Shown here: in pieces, positions 13,181-27,107 of the stretch | How the letters are laid out: each line of letters opens with the position of its first letter | Position numbering within the stretch: the stretch's first letter is position 1 | Assembly (NCBI RefSeq): GCF_009914755.1 | Contig: NC_060925.1 | Reading direction: 5' to 3' (one strand) | Source of the DNA: the human T2T-CHM13v2.0 reference genome, Homo sapiens | Length of the DNA stretch: 64,000 nucleotides | Position numbers and translations under genes: made by a program | The notes under the pieces: model-generated | The model's database searches: none | What the model was told of the DNA's origin: nothing | Seen by the model: the letters and a program-made list of their open reading frames with translations, nothing else

Positions 13181-13738
13181 GAAGCATCTGTGGCTCTCTT
13201 TGTCTTGTGGATTTCTTTGGAGGCAGGAGCATGCTCAGCCTGTGCACAGTTCAGGTTTGAAGTGCAGGGAGTTGATGCTCCTGGGAGAAGTCTTCAACTA
13301 ATGACAGATGGGAGTTGGGGGATAAATACCCTGACTTCCTTATCCCTCCACTGGAACAACTCTGAGGCTGTTTTGCACAGTCTCCCAGAGGATCCCAGTG
13401 GAATTGAGCCCCAGTTTCCCACAGCAAACCTATGTTGACTTCCTGTCCTCCATTCCTCAGTCCCATATTGGTGCTTCCTGAGATCTCCTTCCAAATAAAC
13501 TACTTGTAGTTGAATCTTTGTTTTAGGGTCTGCTTTCGGGAAAGCTTAGCTTAAAAGACACAATCTATAGTAAGTATAATTAAACAGGATCAGTAAGAAT
13601 GGGAGGAAATTTCTACCATTAAGCAGTTGGCAGCAGAGGTGGGAGGAGGGAGATGAATGGTTGGTAAACCTTTATGATCACAGCTGAATACCTGCCCAAG
13701 AAGGGCTACTTAGAGGACAAGACTGCTGGCAGTAATAT

Positions 13739-14189
13739 TGTAGTGGGTTGATAAGTGTTCTTCAACATATATGATTACCCCGAACCTCAGAATGTAACCT
13801 TGTTTGGAAATAGGGTTTTTGCACATGTAATTAGTTAAAGTGAAGTCATATTGGATTATGGTAGGCCCTAAATTCAATGTCTGGTGACTTTATAAGAACA
13901 GAGTTGAACACACAGAGTTTCACATGGTGAAGAAAGCCATGTGATAACAGAGTCAGAGACTGGAGTGATGCAGCTACAAGCAGAGGAGTGCTAAAGATTG
14001 CTGGGAGCCACCAGAAACTAGGAAGAAGCCAGGAAGGATTCTTCCCTGGAGTCCTCAAAGGGAGCATGGCCCTGCTAACACCTTGACCTTGGATTTCTAG
14101 CCTCCAGAATTGTATGAGAATAAATTCCTGTTGTTTTAAGCCACCCAGTTTGTGGTACTTTGTTACAGCAGCTTTAGGGAACCAATACA
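13739..14189 (+). mobile_element. MLT1 (MaLR) solo LTR, MLT1B/C-like
   Basis: tgtagtgggttga...cctcagaatgtaaccttgtttggaaataggg...aataaattcctgttgttttaagccacccagtttgtggtactttgttacagcagc...aataca. Confidence 0.85.
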
Positions 14190-14574
14190 AATATAAAAAC
14201 AAGAAAAGAAATGTGGGAACTATAAAGTGCTATATAAATACAAAGTGGTGTTTTTTCTTTCCTATGATTATTTTTCTTTCAATTCCCTACTTCTCTAGGC
14301 TACCTGTAGAGTTCATTAATTAGATGGGAAGCTCCAAAAGAAATCTAGCAGGCTCTGTTTCTTCTTTTTTTTGTCTCACATTGGGCTGCCCTGCAGATCC
14401 GAGTCTGCAGAGGCCAGCTCCATGCTTGCTGAGATAGATGTCTGTTCTGAGCTTAGGGGTGAGGAGGGTGCAGGTGGGCACTGCAGCGAGCGCAGAAGCG
14501 CTGAAAAATGTCAGCATGATGCTCTCTCAGTGGGTAGGGAGAATGTTCTGCTGCCTAATGAGCTTTGAAAAATA

Positions 14575-14910
14575 CAGTCGGCTCTTTGTATACACAGGTT
14601 CTGCATCTGTGGATTCAACCAGCCATGGGTCAGAAATATTTTTTTAAAAATTTCATCTGAACATGTATAGATTGTTTTCCTTGTCATTGTTGTCTAAACA
14701 ATACAGCATAACGACTATTTACATGTCGTTTACATTGTATTAGTTATTATAAGTAATCGAGATGATTTAAAGTAAATGGGTGGATGTGCATCATAATATG
14801 AAAATACTATGCCATTTTATGTCGAGGACTTAAAATCTGAATATTTTGGTGTCTTATGGTGGGGTTTGGGGTCCTGGAAACAATCCCCAATGTATACCTA
14901 GAGACGACTG
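14575..14910. mobile_element. MER2 (TcMar-Tigger MITE)
   Basis: Terminal inverted repeats cagtcg.../...cgactg flanked by TA duplications; ttctgcatctgtggattcaacc. Confidence 0.85.
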
Positions 14911-15909
14911 TATTTATAAGGTAACTTTAAAGCTAGTTATTAGAAAATTGGGTAAGAAGCACAAAGAAAGAGAGAATATGCTATGTTAAGAGAGCAGTGA
15001 TGATTAGGAATGGGGATGGAGACTGCCTGAGTTCTCCAATCTTACCCCAGGGCCACCTCACTATTTCCTCTCTTTATAGCCTTTGATGAGGTAATGGAAG
15101 GGCCTCCTCTGATTTTAGGCATCTGGATCTACCTTCCTTTGGTCTCAGGTCATAGACACCCTATCACCATAGAGTATGATTCAATGAGGGAGCACTTCCT
15201 GTCTTTAAATACTTTCCCCACTTGCTACCTTAATCTGTTTTTAATAGTTGACCAATTTGCATGGAAAAACCAAAACCAAAACAAAACACCAAGGAGTTCA
15301 TATGCAAGTGACCTGAGGCCAATAACATATTAGCTTAAATTCTGACTTAAGTGTCAACAATTGTCATTGAAGCAAGTTTTGAGGAGGAAGAAGAAAGAGA
15401 GCAGGCAAAGTCTCAAACAACTCTGACTCTTCTCAGTAACAGGTTTGAGCACCATACTCCCTAGAGGTTAAGCACTCCAGACAAGCTACCCCTGTCTTTC
15501 TGTCATCAAACTTCTCTTCCATAGCAACTCTTCCTTCATACAGTTGTCTTCTATGCCCCTTGCCAGGAAAGTTCTCTTACATTTTGCATACAACTGAATG
15601 CATAGACAGCACCTTCTCTATTTAGCTGGAGACAGAAGCCATCTTTAGAAGATCCTTTTTACTGAAAGGTTTATGTGAGTTCATTTGTGATGGTCTGGAG
15701 TTGGAGCTATGACCCCAAGCCATAGCACAAAGAGGAGACTCTTCTTGCTTCCTTAAGGCTTCCAAAGTGACAGCAGAATTGGTAGCTGGGAAAGCAGGGA
15801 ATCCTTGCATAGTGCCCCAGAGTGCCTGTCACACCTGGCCCAGCTTCCCAGTAAACCTATTGATGCCCTCTCATCTAGAGTCCCATCTAGACCAGGCATA
15901 CTATCTCTG

Positions 15910-16100
15910 ATAATAATAAAAAATACTCATTGTTGGCATGTGCTGTCTTAAGTATATTATCTCAGCTGACCCTCAAGGCATTCTACAAAGTAGATAATCC
16001 ATTTTACAGATGAGGAAGTAGAAGCTTACAGAGGTTAATGTTCCTAAGGTCACATAATTCATATGTAGCATAACCAAGATTTGAATCCACACCTCTCTAC
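15910..16100 (-). mobile_element. MIR SINE
   Basis: ccattttacagatgaggaagtagaagcttacagaggttaa...cctaaggtcaca. Confidence 0.75.
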
Positions 16101-19100
16101 AAGGCTCTACTTCATGAAGTTCTTCCAGTTCTTTCCTCAGTTATTCTCTAGACACCTCCTTCCCCTTTTCTCTTTCCAGCCTGATGAATAAATGCAGAGC
16201 AAGAGCTGTCATTGCTTCATCTTCCCAGGATCTTGGAATCACTTGCATAAGTCAAAGAGAAAGGTAGGATAGGCAGAGATAGTTAATTTTGCTTCAGTCT
16301 CCTTTCTAACCCCAAATTGTTCTTTCCAAGTATTTTATCGAGCCGCTGGGCTACCTCCTAGAGTGAGACCCTTCATGGCATCTCTCTGGCCTCTCTGTCA
16401 GCTTCTACTTCCATGCCCAGAACAGTCTCTCTTTGAAAGGTAATGGAGACAAAGCTTCAAAATAATTCTTCTGTAGATCTTTATATAAACATGTGTGAGG
16501 GCTTTTAAGAGGAGAGTTATGACTTCCAGCAAGAGTTTGACCTCCTTTCTTTCCTTTTCCTCCCAAGGTGGATACATCCCAGATACCAGACAAGTAGTTA
16601 GCTCATCTTTGGCTCATGAACCGCAATGGGGCTAGAAAGGATGTTATGTTTATCAACATGACCTCTATCCTTAAAATCCTGATTCTGTCCCCACCACCCC
16701 CCCTTTTTTTTGGCCTGGCTGTTCCGTTTTGAGAGCATCACTATTGGGTGTGGATGGGGAGGTGGAGAGGAGAAGGACTAGGTTACTGGCCCCTGATTCT
16801 CTAGGGCTGGTCTGGCCATGCTCAGAGGCATGGGAAGAATCAGGGACATTCAGAGAAATAAGGGCTCAGGCTAAAGAGCTGACAGCTGGGCTTGTGACTG
16901 ATACAGCAGTAGCCCTGAGCGATGCCCCCATGGGAAGCCACTATCCTGTAGGGAAAGGGCCAGTCAGTTCTAAAATCAAAGCTAGATTTGTAGGCTGGAG
17001 CTGTGGGAGCCAGAGCCCTCTATGCCTGTGAGGCTGCCTGGAGCTCCATGATGTAAGTCAGAGTGAGAATGCCCTGCCAAGCCTTTTCAGGGAAGGATTG
17101 GCTCAGGGCCAAAGTTACCTCCCACCCCTCTCTCTGCCAGTTCTCCTCATCCATTTCCATGACTACGGAAAAGGGTAGAAATACACAGTCATTTGATCAC
17201 CCTTCATCTCGCCACCCCAGATCATATCCAAAAGGAGCAGAGGAGGACACTGAGTGGGTGGGCAGTGCCAAGCAATTGGCTTTAGGCTACTGAAAACAGT
17301 GGCTCTGGGGGAGTGATGCTCCAGTCCCCTGCAGAGCTAGAGCCAGTCCCTGGTCCGTCCTCCATCTCCCCCTTCCCATGAATAATGTTTTGATGCTCTT
17401 CGTAGGTTCCACATTTCTGTGCTGTGACCTACGGTTCCCTGCATAGGACCCTGCAGCCCTCCTTCCAGCTGTCTTTAGCGCCTTGTTTTCCTTAGTCAAG
17501 TCCTGCTCCTGGGTAATGTTTGTTTGCAGCTGAGGGCTGCAGAGATGGTGAGATGGCCCCTTCTCTGGTGGGAAGGAAAGAGAAGGGCAGTTATTGACCA
17601 GGCAAAATGATGGTTTGTCCTTTGGCTTAACAAAGGGCAAGTGGCTGGGGTGGCAATGGGAGATCAGGAAGCATTTTCAGAGGGCGTGGGGAATGTATGG
17701 GCATGTGTTCCAGGGTACTTTGACAAGCAAGGTGTTATTGGTGCGGGGGGCTGCAGAACTGTTAGCACTTAAAGTAGGAAGTAGCTGGGTACTATCTCCA
17801 GGAGAAGGAGCTGAAGTCTCTTGAAAACATCCTGGAGGACTTCTTGAGGGCTAAGCAGACATTGCTGCTGATGATGGTGATGATAATGATGATAACAAAA
17901 TCTTCCTTCCAGGGGCCTACCGTATGTATACCTACTGTGTACTTTAAAACAGCTCTTCATTGGACCATTAGCAACTTGAAATCAGGATGTGGTCTCCATC
18001 TCTGTGTCCTCAGTGCCTAATCCTAAAAAGGTGGTCAGTAAATCCCATTTCTACACTCACCAAGCTTCTGCTCTGAGACTGACAGTGCTGGGTGCCGGGA
18101 GTTCAGGCATAAATGGAGCCCCATTCTCTGCCCTCAAGATGCCCAGAGTACCAGGGGGACACAAACATGAGAACAAAAACAAACAGTGCAGCTGAGAGAT
18201 TGTAATGCAAACGAAGTACAGTGGGGCCCCAACTCTGTCCTGGGCTGAGGAGGGGCTTTGGAGAGTGGTCACTGCAGAGCTGGGTCTCAAAGGATGTTCG
18301 TTGGCTTCAACTGAGGATGACAGGCAGGGAGCAGTGGTCTAGGCTGGCTGTGGAAAGCTGACTCTGCCCAGCTACCTTTCCCTTTTCTGGCTTTAGTCAG
18401 GAAAGCTCCTGTGTGGCCAGAACAGTTCTTAAGTAGTGGTGTGAGAAGAAAAGCAGGAAAGACAGGAGGACCTCTTGCTAGATTCAAAACTTAAAGGAAA
18501 GCAGAGATAAAAGAAAAGTCTTCAAATCTGATTCCTCCATTCTACAGTCCTGTTGGCTTGGGTGTGCCCTCTCCCTGCCCCCACCCTCCACAATGGTTTG
18601 TCCTTGTTTCTTCCACCTGCTTCTGACAGGGAATAAAGAGGAGTCACTTATTGCTTTCTGTCCACCCACTCAGTTCCTCGTAGCTGCAGGGCACTGAGAG
18701 TCCTGGACTGCTGCATTAACGGCAGCCATAGGCAATCTTGCTGCAGCCATGCTGGGGAGCCTGGGGGTGCACTGAACCTATGTGTGAGGGTGCACATGTG
18801 CACCGGCCTCCCTGCTTTCCTATAGCTTTAGAGCCTCATTCCCCATACTCTTTCCTCCCTAAAGCTCTTCCTGAACTTTTCTACCTTACTCATTCATTTT
18901 TTTCCCCATGCACACCCCCATATCCTCCGAAGCCCCTTTCTAACTTATTTCCCCATCCTCTTATGATGCACCAAAATATAATTTTAACAAACATGGGCTT
19001 TGGGGTCAGGCTGTGTGATTTGGGAAAAGTTACTCACTTAGCAGAAGCTCAGCATCCTCAACATTTTTACTGTTGGGGTTTCTTTGAGGATAAATAATAG

Positions 19101-19511
19101 GCATCAACAAATGATTGCTCTTAGCATTACTCACTTCCAACCACTTCCTGCTCCTCACACCTTCCTTGCTTCCCATGCCTTAACTGACCCAGGAGTTAAT
19201 CTGGGAAGAGTGAGGGCCCTGGTATAAATAGATTCAACTATTTTGTTCTTTGGGAAGACTAAATGCTGAGAAAGCACTGGAGAAAAGTAGACAATCCTCA
19301 GGACAAAAGAAGTCTGACCCTCCTCATTCTCATCCTTGTCTTAACATGCATCCTTACTCAATTCTCACAGCAATCCTACAAGGTGGATGCTATTCTTACC
19401 ATTTTCCAGAGGGTAATAGAGAGAGTAATTAACATCCCCAGAATCAGACAAAGAATAAGTGCAAAGCCAGCTCTTTACCTCAGATGGTTTTTGTTATCTA
19501 TAAATCAGGGA

Positions 19512-19559
19512 TGCTTAGAGCTAAGAGAAGAGGTGCTTAGAGCTAAGAGAAGAGGTGCT
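19512..19559. repeat. Perfect 22-bp tandem duplication
   Basis: tgcttagagctaagagaagagg x2 followed by tgct. Confidence 0.95.
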
Positions 19560-21236
19560 GGCCCATTCTCTCCTTGTCCCGCTGCCCTGCAGTCCTCACT
19601 ATGCTTGGCTTTCCACTGGAATCTCAGCATCCGGTCAGGCTCACTTCAGGCTCCTGGACTCCATCTGAGGGTCTTAACAGGGATGGGTAGAGGATGTAGA
19701 GGAGAAAGGAGGACCTGTGAGAATAGTTACTGCAAGAATACAAGATTTAAAAATTACTCAAAAGTAGGCAGAAGGCCAACGATATGGTAGACAGCTGGCC
19801 AAAATGCTTACACAAGAGCATTTGCTGCAGGTGATTAGCAGGATGCACGCAGATGAGCACACATAAAAGCTGACCAGGAGTGCAATTTTCTAGAGTTGGG
19901 ATAATTGGTGAGAGGCCAGAGAAAAGCAGAAATGGCCAAATTAAAGGAAATGCCCTGCTCCCAACCCACAAAATGACCAGCAGATGCCAGAGACGTGGAG
20001 TCATGAGGAGGTCCTGGCTAAGAGGCCATTCATTTCTCTAATATCTGAAAGAACAGGATAATTTTGCCACTTCATGATAAACCCTCCCTGGAGTTCTGCA
20101 CGTGTCTCTCTGATGCCTTTAAAGGGCATCCAGGTTCCTGGGAAGAGACTCGTGCTGTTTCTTACATTCCCCCTGGCTGGGCCAGCACTGGGAAATTCCA
20201 CAGGGGAGAAGAGAGGATACAGAACAAGATGGTCTGGTTTTGAAGATGAGAAATGGAGATAGAGGTTGTGCCTTGTTGATAACTACCTGAAAATACCTCC
20301 AACCATGTTTCTCTGTCTTCTAGGGGTGGTGGGAATATTGGGAAGCTGGTGCCAGACGGTGAAGTGAGGGGTTCTTTGGGGCCTGCCAAGCCATCAGGGG
20401 AATTACCCTAGGCCCAGTGAGGGTGCATTGCCAGGGCAGGAGGCAACATCATTGTCAGAAACAGCACCTCATGCCCAGGCAGGCATTGGGGCACATCTGA
20501 ACTGAAGGGTAAAGCTAGGCCAGAATTGGATATCCAAGGAGAGCAGAGGCAAATAGTGAGGGGGTTGGGGATGGGCACATGGGGTCTGGTTAGCTGGGGC
20601 TCTGTCCAGGAATAGGAATACGGGCCACAGGCAGAGTCTGAAGAACTTAGGAAACTGCCTTTTAACTGACCACAAAACTCCTAATATTTTTCAGTATGAT
20701 ATGATTGCTTTGGAGGAAGAAAACCTGCCTTCGGTAAAGGCTCCTAAGAGTTCCCAGAGCAGGACAAAGAAAGTTCACCCATGAGGGGTCACTGACAGCA
20801 TGGCTGTCCAAGTGGGCGCTGCTTAGAGAAGCTTGGCCAGGGGATCCTGGGACACATCCCCCAGCAGAGCCTCCCTCCCATCTCCTGCAGGTGAGGCCTT
20901 GTCTTTACCTCTGCTCTGCAGTTTCCCCACAGGGCCAGGTGCCAGTGGGCAGAAAGGAGCTAAGTGGAAGAGAGAATGCAATGGGCCTCTTTGACCCCAA
21001 GCATGTTTCTACCCCTTGACTCTGAGTCGCTGCATGGAACTGACTCCAAACCCAACTCCCTTATCTCTAAGGATGCTGTTGGAAGCCTGTTTGTGCTCTC
21101 TTAGGGTTGGGCTTGCCTCATCCTGCCCAGAGGGCACCTGGCAGCCTCTGAAGGGTGACATAAAGCCTCTTTCTAAGGCAAGTTTTCTTCCCAGAGAACA
21201 ATTGTAACCAGAAGCAGAAGCTGTGAGGTCAGTTAA

Positions 21237-21289
21237 GGGGGCGAGGGGTTGCAGGGTGGGGGTGGGGGGGGTGGGGGAATTGGGACGGG
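21237..21289 (+). other. G-quadruplex-forming G-run cluster
   Basis: Eight G>=3 runs with short loops (gggggcgaggggttgcagggtgggggtgggggggg...). Confidence 0.7.
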
Positions 21290-21524
21290 TTCTTCATTGT
21301 CCAAGTCCTTTTGGTTTTTGAGGATCTTAATCATTCTTAAAGGTCAGCTCAACTCTGCAGCCTTTGGAGCCTTTGGTCTGTTCTCACCACCCAATTTTTA
21401 TTGATATATACATTTCCTTGTCTTCTGGCTTCAGGGTGCTGTTAGACCTCTAAACTCTCAGAACATCATTTTCAGGCCTGTCACCACCTAAGGATTACAT
21501 GGAAACGGAGCAATGGCCTAATGA

Positions 21525-21845
<321 letters not shown>

Positions 21846-21934
21846 GTGCTATTGCTTTTCAAACTTCCATGTGTGTAGGAATTCCTTAGGGATCTGAGTG
21901 GGGTCTGAGACTATGCACTTTTAATGAGCTCCTA

Positions 21935-22150
21935 GCCAGAAGTTGGCAAAAAAAAAAAAATTTCTGTAAAGGGCCAAATAGCAAATATTTTCAGCTTTGT
22001 AAGTCATATGGTCCCTGTTGCGACTACTGAACTCTGTTACGCTAGGGCAAAAGCAGCCCTTGATAATTCATAAACCAATGGATGTGGCTGTGTTCCAATA
22101 AAATTTTACTGACAAAAATGGGCAGTGGCTATGGCAGGCTGGATTTGGCT
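21935..22150. mobile_element. MER58A (hAT-Charlie), apparently nested in a MER5-like relic
   Basis: gttggcaaa...tttctgtaaagggccaaatagcaaatattttcagctttg...ggatgtggctgtgttccaataaaatttta. Confidence 0.8.
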
Positions 22151-22909
22151 CTGAACTCATTCTAGATGATATGGACATTGCTGGCTCATGGTCCTCACTT
22201 TGAGTAGTGAGGCATGGGAAGGTTCAGCCAGCTGAAGACTATTAGACTTTTGTGGAGAGGACCCCAGAAGAGCCATTTCCCTGCAGAGGGTACTACAGGC
22301 ATCTGCAGAAGCATGGGACCCTCTGGGTTACAGGGAACCAGTTGCACTTATTTTTATCACAAAAGGCCTGGGGGAGACTCAATGAAGATGGAAATTTTGA
22401 CCTATAAATTTTTCAGTGGCATTTATATTTTTTCTTCAGTCTGGGAAAGTTCTTCCTTGAGGCTGATTTATGTTAAATGACCCAAAGGAACCTGACCTGC
22501 TTTCATTAATTTTTTTTTCTTGGATCTTTCCCAGTATTGGGAGGAGAGGGAAGAATGAAAGATTATAGTCTGTGTGGGGATCTAGAACCCTGATTATGAC
22601 CATCCCCTGAACCCAGACACCTGCACACACTTCCAGAAGACTTCCACATTGCCCTGTCCCAGGCCTGCTTGTCCTAAATAGATCATCGTGGAGAGGAATT
22701 AATTCGTGACTTCTTGTTCTTTTCCAGGGGGAAGTTGACTCAACTCAGAAAAATGGGGCATTAATGCTGTTATTTAATGTCATTTATCAATGCAGCATTA
22801 TGATTAGGAGTTCAGATTTTAAAGACAGTCAAACCTAAGTTTCCCTAAGTTTCACTGTGCCACTTAGCTAGCTGTGTGGGCAACTTATGTAGACCACATT
22901 TTCTCTGAC

Positions 22910-23265
22910 TGAGAGTAGAACAGTGGTTACCAGAGACTGGGGAGGGGATAAAAGAGGAGTACATAGGGAAAGATTGATCAACAGGCACAAAGTCACAATT
23001 AGATGGGAGGAATAAGTTCTGAGGTTCTAGTGCACAGTAGGGTGACAATGATTAACAGTGAGACATGATATATTACAAATAGAAGACAGGTTTTTGAATA
23101 TCCTCACCACAAAGAAATGATAAATATGTGATTTATCATGTTAAATACCCTAATTTGATCATCATACAACATATATATGTATAATATAAAAACATCAAAT
23201 TTTACCCCATAAATATGCACAATTACAATGTGTCAATTAAAATTTTTTAGGTAAATTAAAAAATA
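22910..23265 (+). mobile_element. L1MA 3' end fragment inserted in a MIR
   Basis: gagagtagaacagtggttaccagagactgggg...ctcaccacaaagaaatgataaat...ccccataaatatgcacaattac; MIR halves at ~22805-22905 and ~23650-23735. Confidence 0.8.
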
Positions 23266-23736
23266 AATTTAAAACTCCTTTTTTGACTAAAAATGTAACA
23301 CACCTTAGAATGAAAATATTAAAAAATTATAAAAATATTTAACATAAAAGTTAAAAAGTTCCCTACCTAAAATTTCTATTCCCATCCCAGGATAGCCACT
23401 GTTGATGGCTTGATATATATATTCATCCAGTATTTAAAAAAATGAATACTGTAAAATAAAAAACATTTTTCTCAAGTGGTCATATGCTGTCTATTGTTAC
23501 TATTACTATTATTACTGAACTTGCTTTTTCCTATTACTATATCCTATATATCTTTCAGTGTCAGTACATGAAGATATTTTTTCTTTTTAACTAGCATATG
23601 GGATACTGCTGTGCCATAATTTAATCAGTTTAGGACATGACATTTGTTTAGCCCCATTAAGTCCCAGTTTCCTCATAGTTTCAATAAGAATGATAACAGT
23701 ACCATTTCATAGGGTTGTTGTAAGGATTAAATAAGC

Positions 23737-24118
<382 letters not shown>

Positions 24119-24376
24119 TTAAACAATTAATGGTAGTAATATATCATTTATGTCTTGTATCTGCATCCCAAGGGCTTAAAATTCACACATCCTACCAACT
24201 CATGGAGTTAAGTATACAAATGAAACACAAACATAGAAGGAATGGATGACCTGTAAATGCTCATATCACTGCAAAGTGGCCTAGCATCTTAAGTTTCCAG
24301 ATGTGAACACTATTCACTGAATCTAAACAATGGACAAGATATAGCTGAAAGGTAAAGATCACTTGGGCCCTGAATC

Positions 24377-24601
24377 TTTTTTTTTTTTTAACCTTTTTTT
24401 TTATTATTATACTTTAAGTTCTAGGGTACATGTGCACAACGTGCAGGTTTGTTACATATGTATACATGTGCCATGTTGGTGTGCTGCACCCATTAAATCA
24501 TCATTTACATTAGGTATATCTCCTAATGCTATCCCTCCCCCCTCCCCCCACCCCATGACAGGCCCCAGTGTGTGATGTTCCCCTTCCTGTGTCCAAGTGT
24601 T
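24377..24601 (-). mobile_element. L1PA 3' terminal fragment (primate-specific, ~L1PA4-6)
   Basis: polyT followed by attatactttaagttctagggtacatgtgcacaacgtgcagg...tgtgtccaagtgt. Confidence 0.92.
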
Positions 24602-24719
24602 GACTGTATTTCTCACTTATGCATTGTAGACATAGCCAAAAGTGTAATAGGGCTGGCTGCTTGCTTTGTACTGCGCCCAATTCATTGACATAACAAACTG
24701 AGGGTTTATAAAGAGTAAT

Positions 24720-24950
24720 TTTGATGTAGTGGCACAATGTAATGAAAAGTGCACTTGGCTTGGAATCAAAAGACATAGACTCAAAGCTGGGCTCTGCTGC
24801 CCACAGGTCTGTGACCGAACAGTCTTCCTATACCTCAGTTTTCCGATCAGTAAAGTAGGACCAAAAAATGAGTCTACCTCCCAGACCTTCTGTGAGTATT
24901 AAGATAATAAAAGCACCTAAAAAAGTTCTTATTGAGATCAGTAAATGTTG
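24720..24950 (+). mobile_element. MIR SINE
   Basis: gtagtggcacaatgtaatgaaaagtgcacttggcttggaatcaaaagac...cctcagttttccgatc. Confidence 0.6.
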
Positions 24951-25102
24951 AGTACATGAATTAATCATGATACATAATTAATCAAGTGTACTCAAATAGG
25001 AAGAGAAGATAACTGTGCAGAAGAAAAGTCAGACTAGGCAAGTGAGAGTAATATAATCTCAGACTATGTTCACAGAAACTTGTTGATATGATGTGGCTGT
25101 TC

Positions 25103-25828
25103 TGTAACTGCCCAATGGGTTCACCTTGCCAGCTACCTAGACAGAACCAATTTATCAAGACAGGGGAATTGCAATGAAGAAAGAGTAATTCATGCAGAAC
25201 CGGCTGTGTGGGAGATGTGAATTTTATTATTACTCAAATCAGTCTCCCTGAGCTTTCGGGGATCAGAGTTTTTAAAGATAATTTGGCAGGCAGAGGCTTG
25301 GGAAGTGGGGAATGCTGATTGGTCAGGTTGGAGATGGAATCATAGGGGGTTGAAGTGAGTTTTTCTTGGTGTCTTCTGTTCCTGAGTGGGTTGGCAGAAC
25401 TGGTTGAGCCAGATTACCGTTCTGGGTGGTGTCAGCTGATCCATGAATGTAGGGTCTGCAAAATATCTCAAGCACTGATCTTAGGTTTTACAATAGTGAT
25501 GTTATTCCCAAAAGCAACTTGGGGAGGTTCAGAGTCTTGCAGCCAGGGGCTGCACAACCCGTAAACTGTAATTTCTAATCTTGTAGCTAATTTGTTAGTC
25601 CTGCAAAGGCAGACTGGTCCTGAGGCAAGAAGATGGCCTTTTCAGGAAAGGGCTGTTATCAATGTTGTTTCTAAGTCAAGCTGTGAACTGAATCCATCCC
25701 CAAAGTTAGTTCCGTCTACACCCAGGAATGAGCAAGGACAACTTAACAGTTAGAAGATAGAGCTTGTTAGGTCTGATTTCTTTCACTGTCATAATTTCCT
25801 CAGTTATAATTTTGTAAATGTGGTTTCA
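25103..25828 (-). mobile_element. LTR8-family (ERV1) solo LTR
   Basis: tgtaactgcccaatgggttcaccttgcc...ataattttgtaaatgtggtttca; 4-bp TSD gttc on both sides; homologous to 11310-12302. Confidence 0.88.
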
Positions 25829-26360
25829 GTTCCACTCCACGATGCACAGGTCATGTTTCAGGTCTCATGTGCTAGGCTGAGCAGAGGAAACTAGGTAGAG
25901 AACATATAGGACATGTGGCCACCCTCCTGCCCTTGAAATACCTGAAGGCCTTCTGTGTAACCCAAGACTAGTTCCACCTGAGTCTTCGGGGGAAAATTTG
26001 GGAGAATTTGATTCAGTATTTGGATAACTTTTTCGTGGGCAGATCTGATTATAGAAAGAATAGGCCTCATCAAGTTTCCTGGTATGGGAGTGTATGCAGA
26101 GCCTGGCTACAGGCCTTGGATGTCATGAGGGAGATAAACCAGCCAGGCATAGGTGGTTGGGACAGATGGTCTCTGAGGAACCCTGAGATTTTGATATTCA
26201 GGAACACTGTGGATGGATACAAGAGAAAGAAGCAAATGCATGTTTACTAACAATGACACAAATGCATAGAAGGAAAGAGCTTTGAAATCATTCTTCAGCC
26301 AATTACTAAAGGTATTTTGGTCATTTCTGTACTAATATAAGGAAGTGGGTAACTGGCCTT

Positions 26361-26823
26361 TGTTATGGGTTGAATTGTGTTCCTCCACAAAAAATATGCC
26401 AGTACCTTCCTCAGATTGTGATCTTATTTGTTAACAGGATCTCAACAGAGGCAATCAAGTTAAAATGAGGTTATGATAGTGGATCCTAGTCCACCATGAG
26501 TGGTATTTTATGAAAATGAGAGATTTGGACAGAGAGAGACATGCACAGAAGGAAGGGGATGTGAAGACAAAGGGAGCACACCATGTGCAGATGGAGGAGA
26601 ACCAGAATGATGCATTTACAAGCCAAGGAATGCCTGAGGCTACCAGAAGCTAAGAGAGAAGCCTGATACAGATCCTTCCCTAGCACCTTCAAAGAGAGCA
26701 TGGCTCTGTCAACACATTGATTTCAGACTTCTAGCCTCCAGAACTATGAGACAATAGATTTATGTTGTTCTAAGGCACCCAGTTTGTGGTACTTTCTTAT
26801 GGTAGCCCTAGGAAATTAACACA
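26361..26823 (+). mobile_element. MLT1B-like MaLR solo LTR
   Basis: tgttatgggttgaattgtgttcctcc...gccaaggaatgcctgaggctaccagaagct...ggtagccctaggaaattaacaca. Confidence 0.85.
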
Positions 26824-27107
26824 TCATAGTAATATGTAAGCATTCTTGTGCTGAGCATTGTGAGTTTTTCCAATCATCTTTCCCTCTGACAGTATGCAGG
26901 GAGAAATACCCAAGAAATAGTAGCCATATAGGACTCAAAGTGTCACAAGATGGTTAGAGTCAGTATGGGTCTTTCTTGTAAATCTGAAATCGAGAATGTG
27001 ACTTTTGCCTCAAATGAGCCTCCAATATCTTCTTAAACTGTGAATCTAAACCTTAGGATAGCTCTACCCTCTGGCCAGCTCTTTAAAGAAAGAAATGTCA
27101 GAAGGTG

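Larger units (their letters stand above)
11286..13560 (+). mobile_element. LTR16-family (ERVL) solo LTR split by two younger LTR insertions
   Basis: Starts tgtagcagatattgtc, resumes at 12303-12359 and 13181-13560; ends ccaaataaactacttg...agggtctgctttcggg...aagaca, typical of LTR16 3' ends. Confidence 0.65.

Noticed and set aside
19263-19790. 175-aa ORF
   Set aside because: It runs through a MIR relic and a tandem duplication, and has no recognisable protein features
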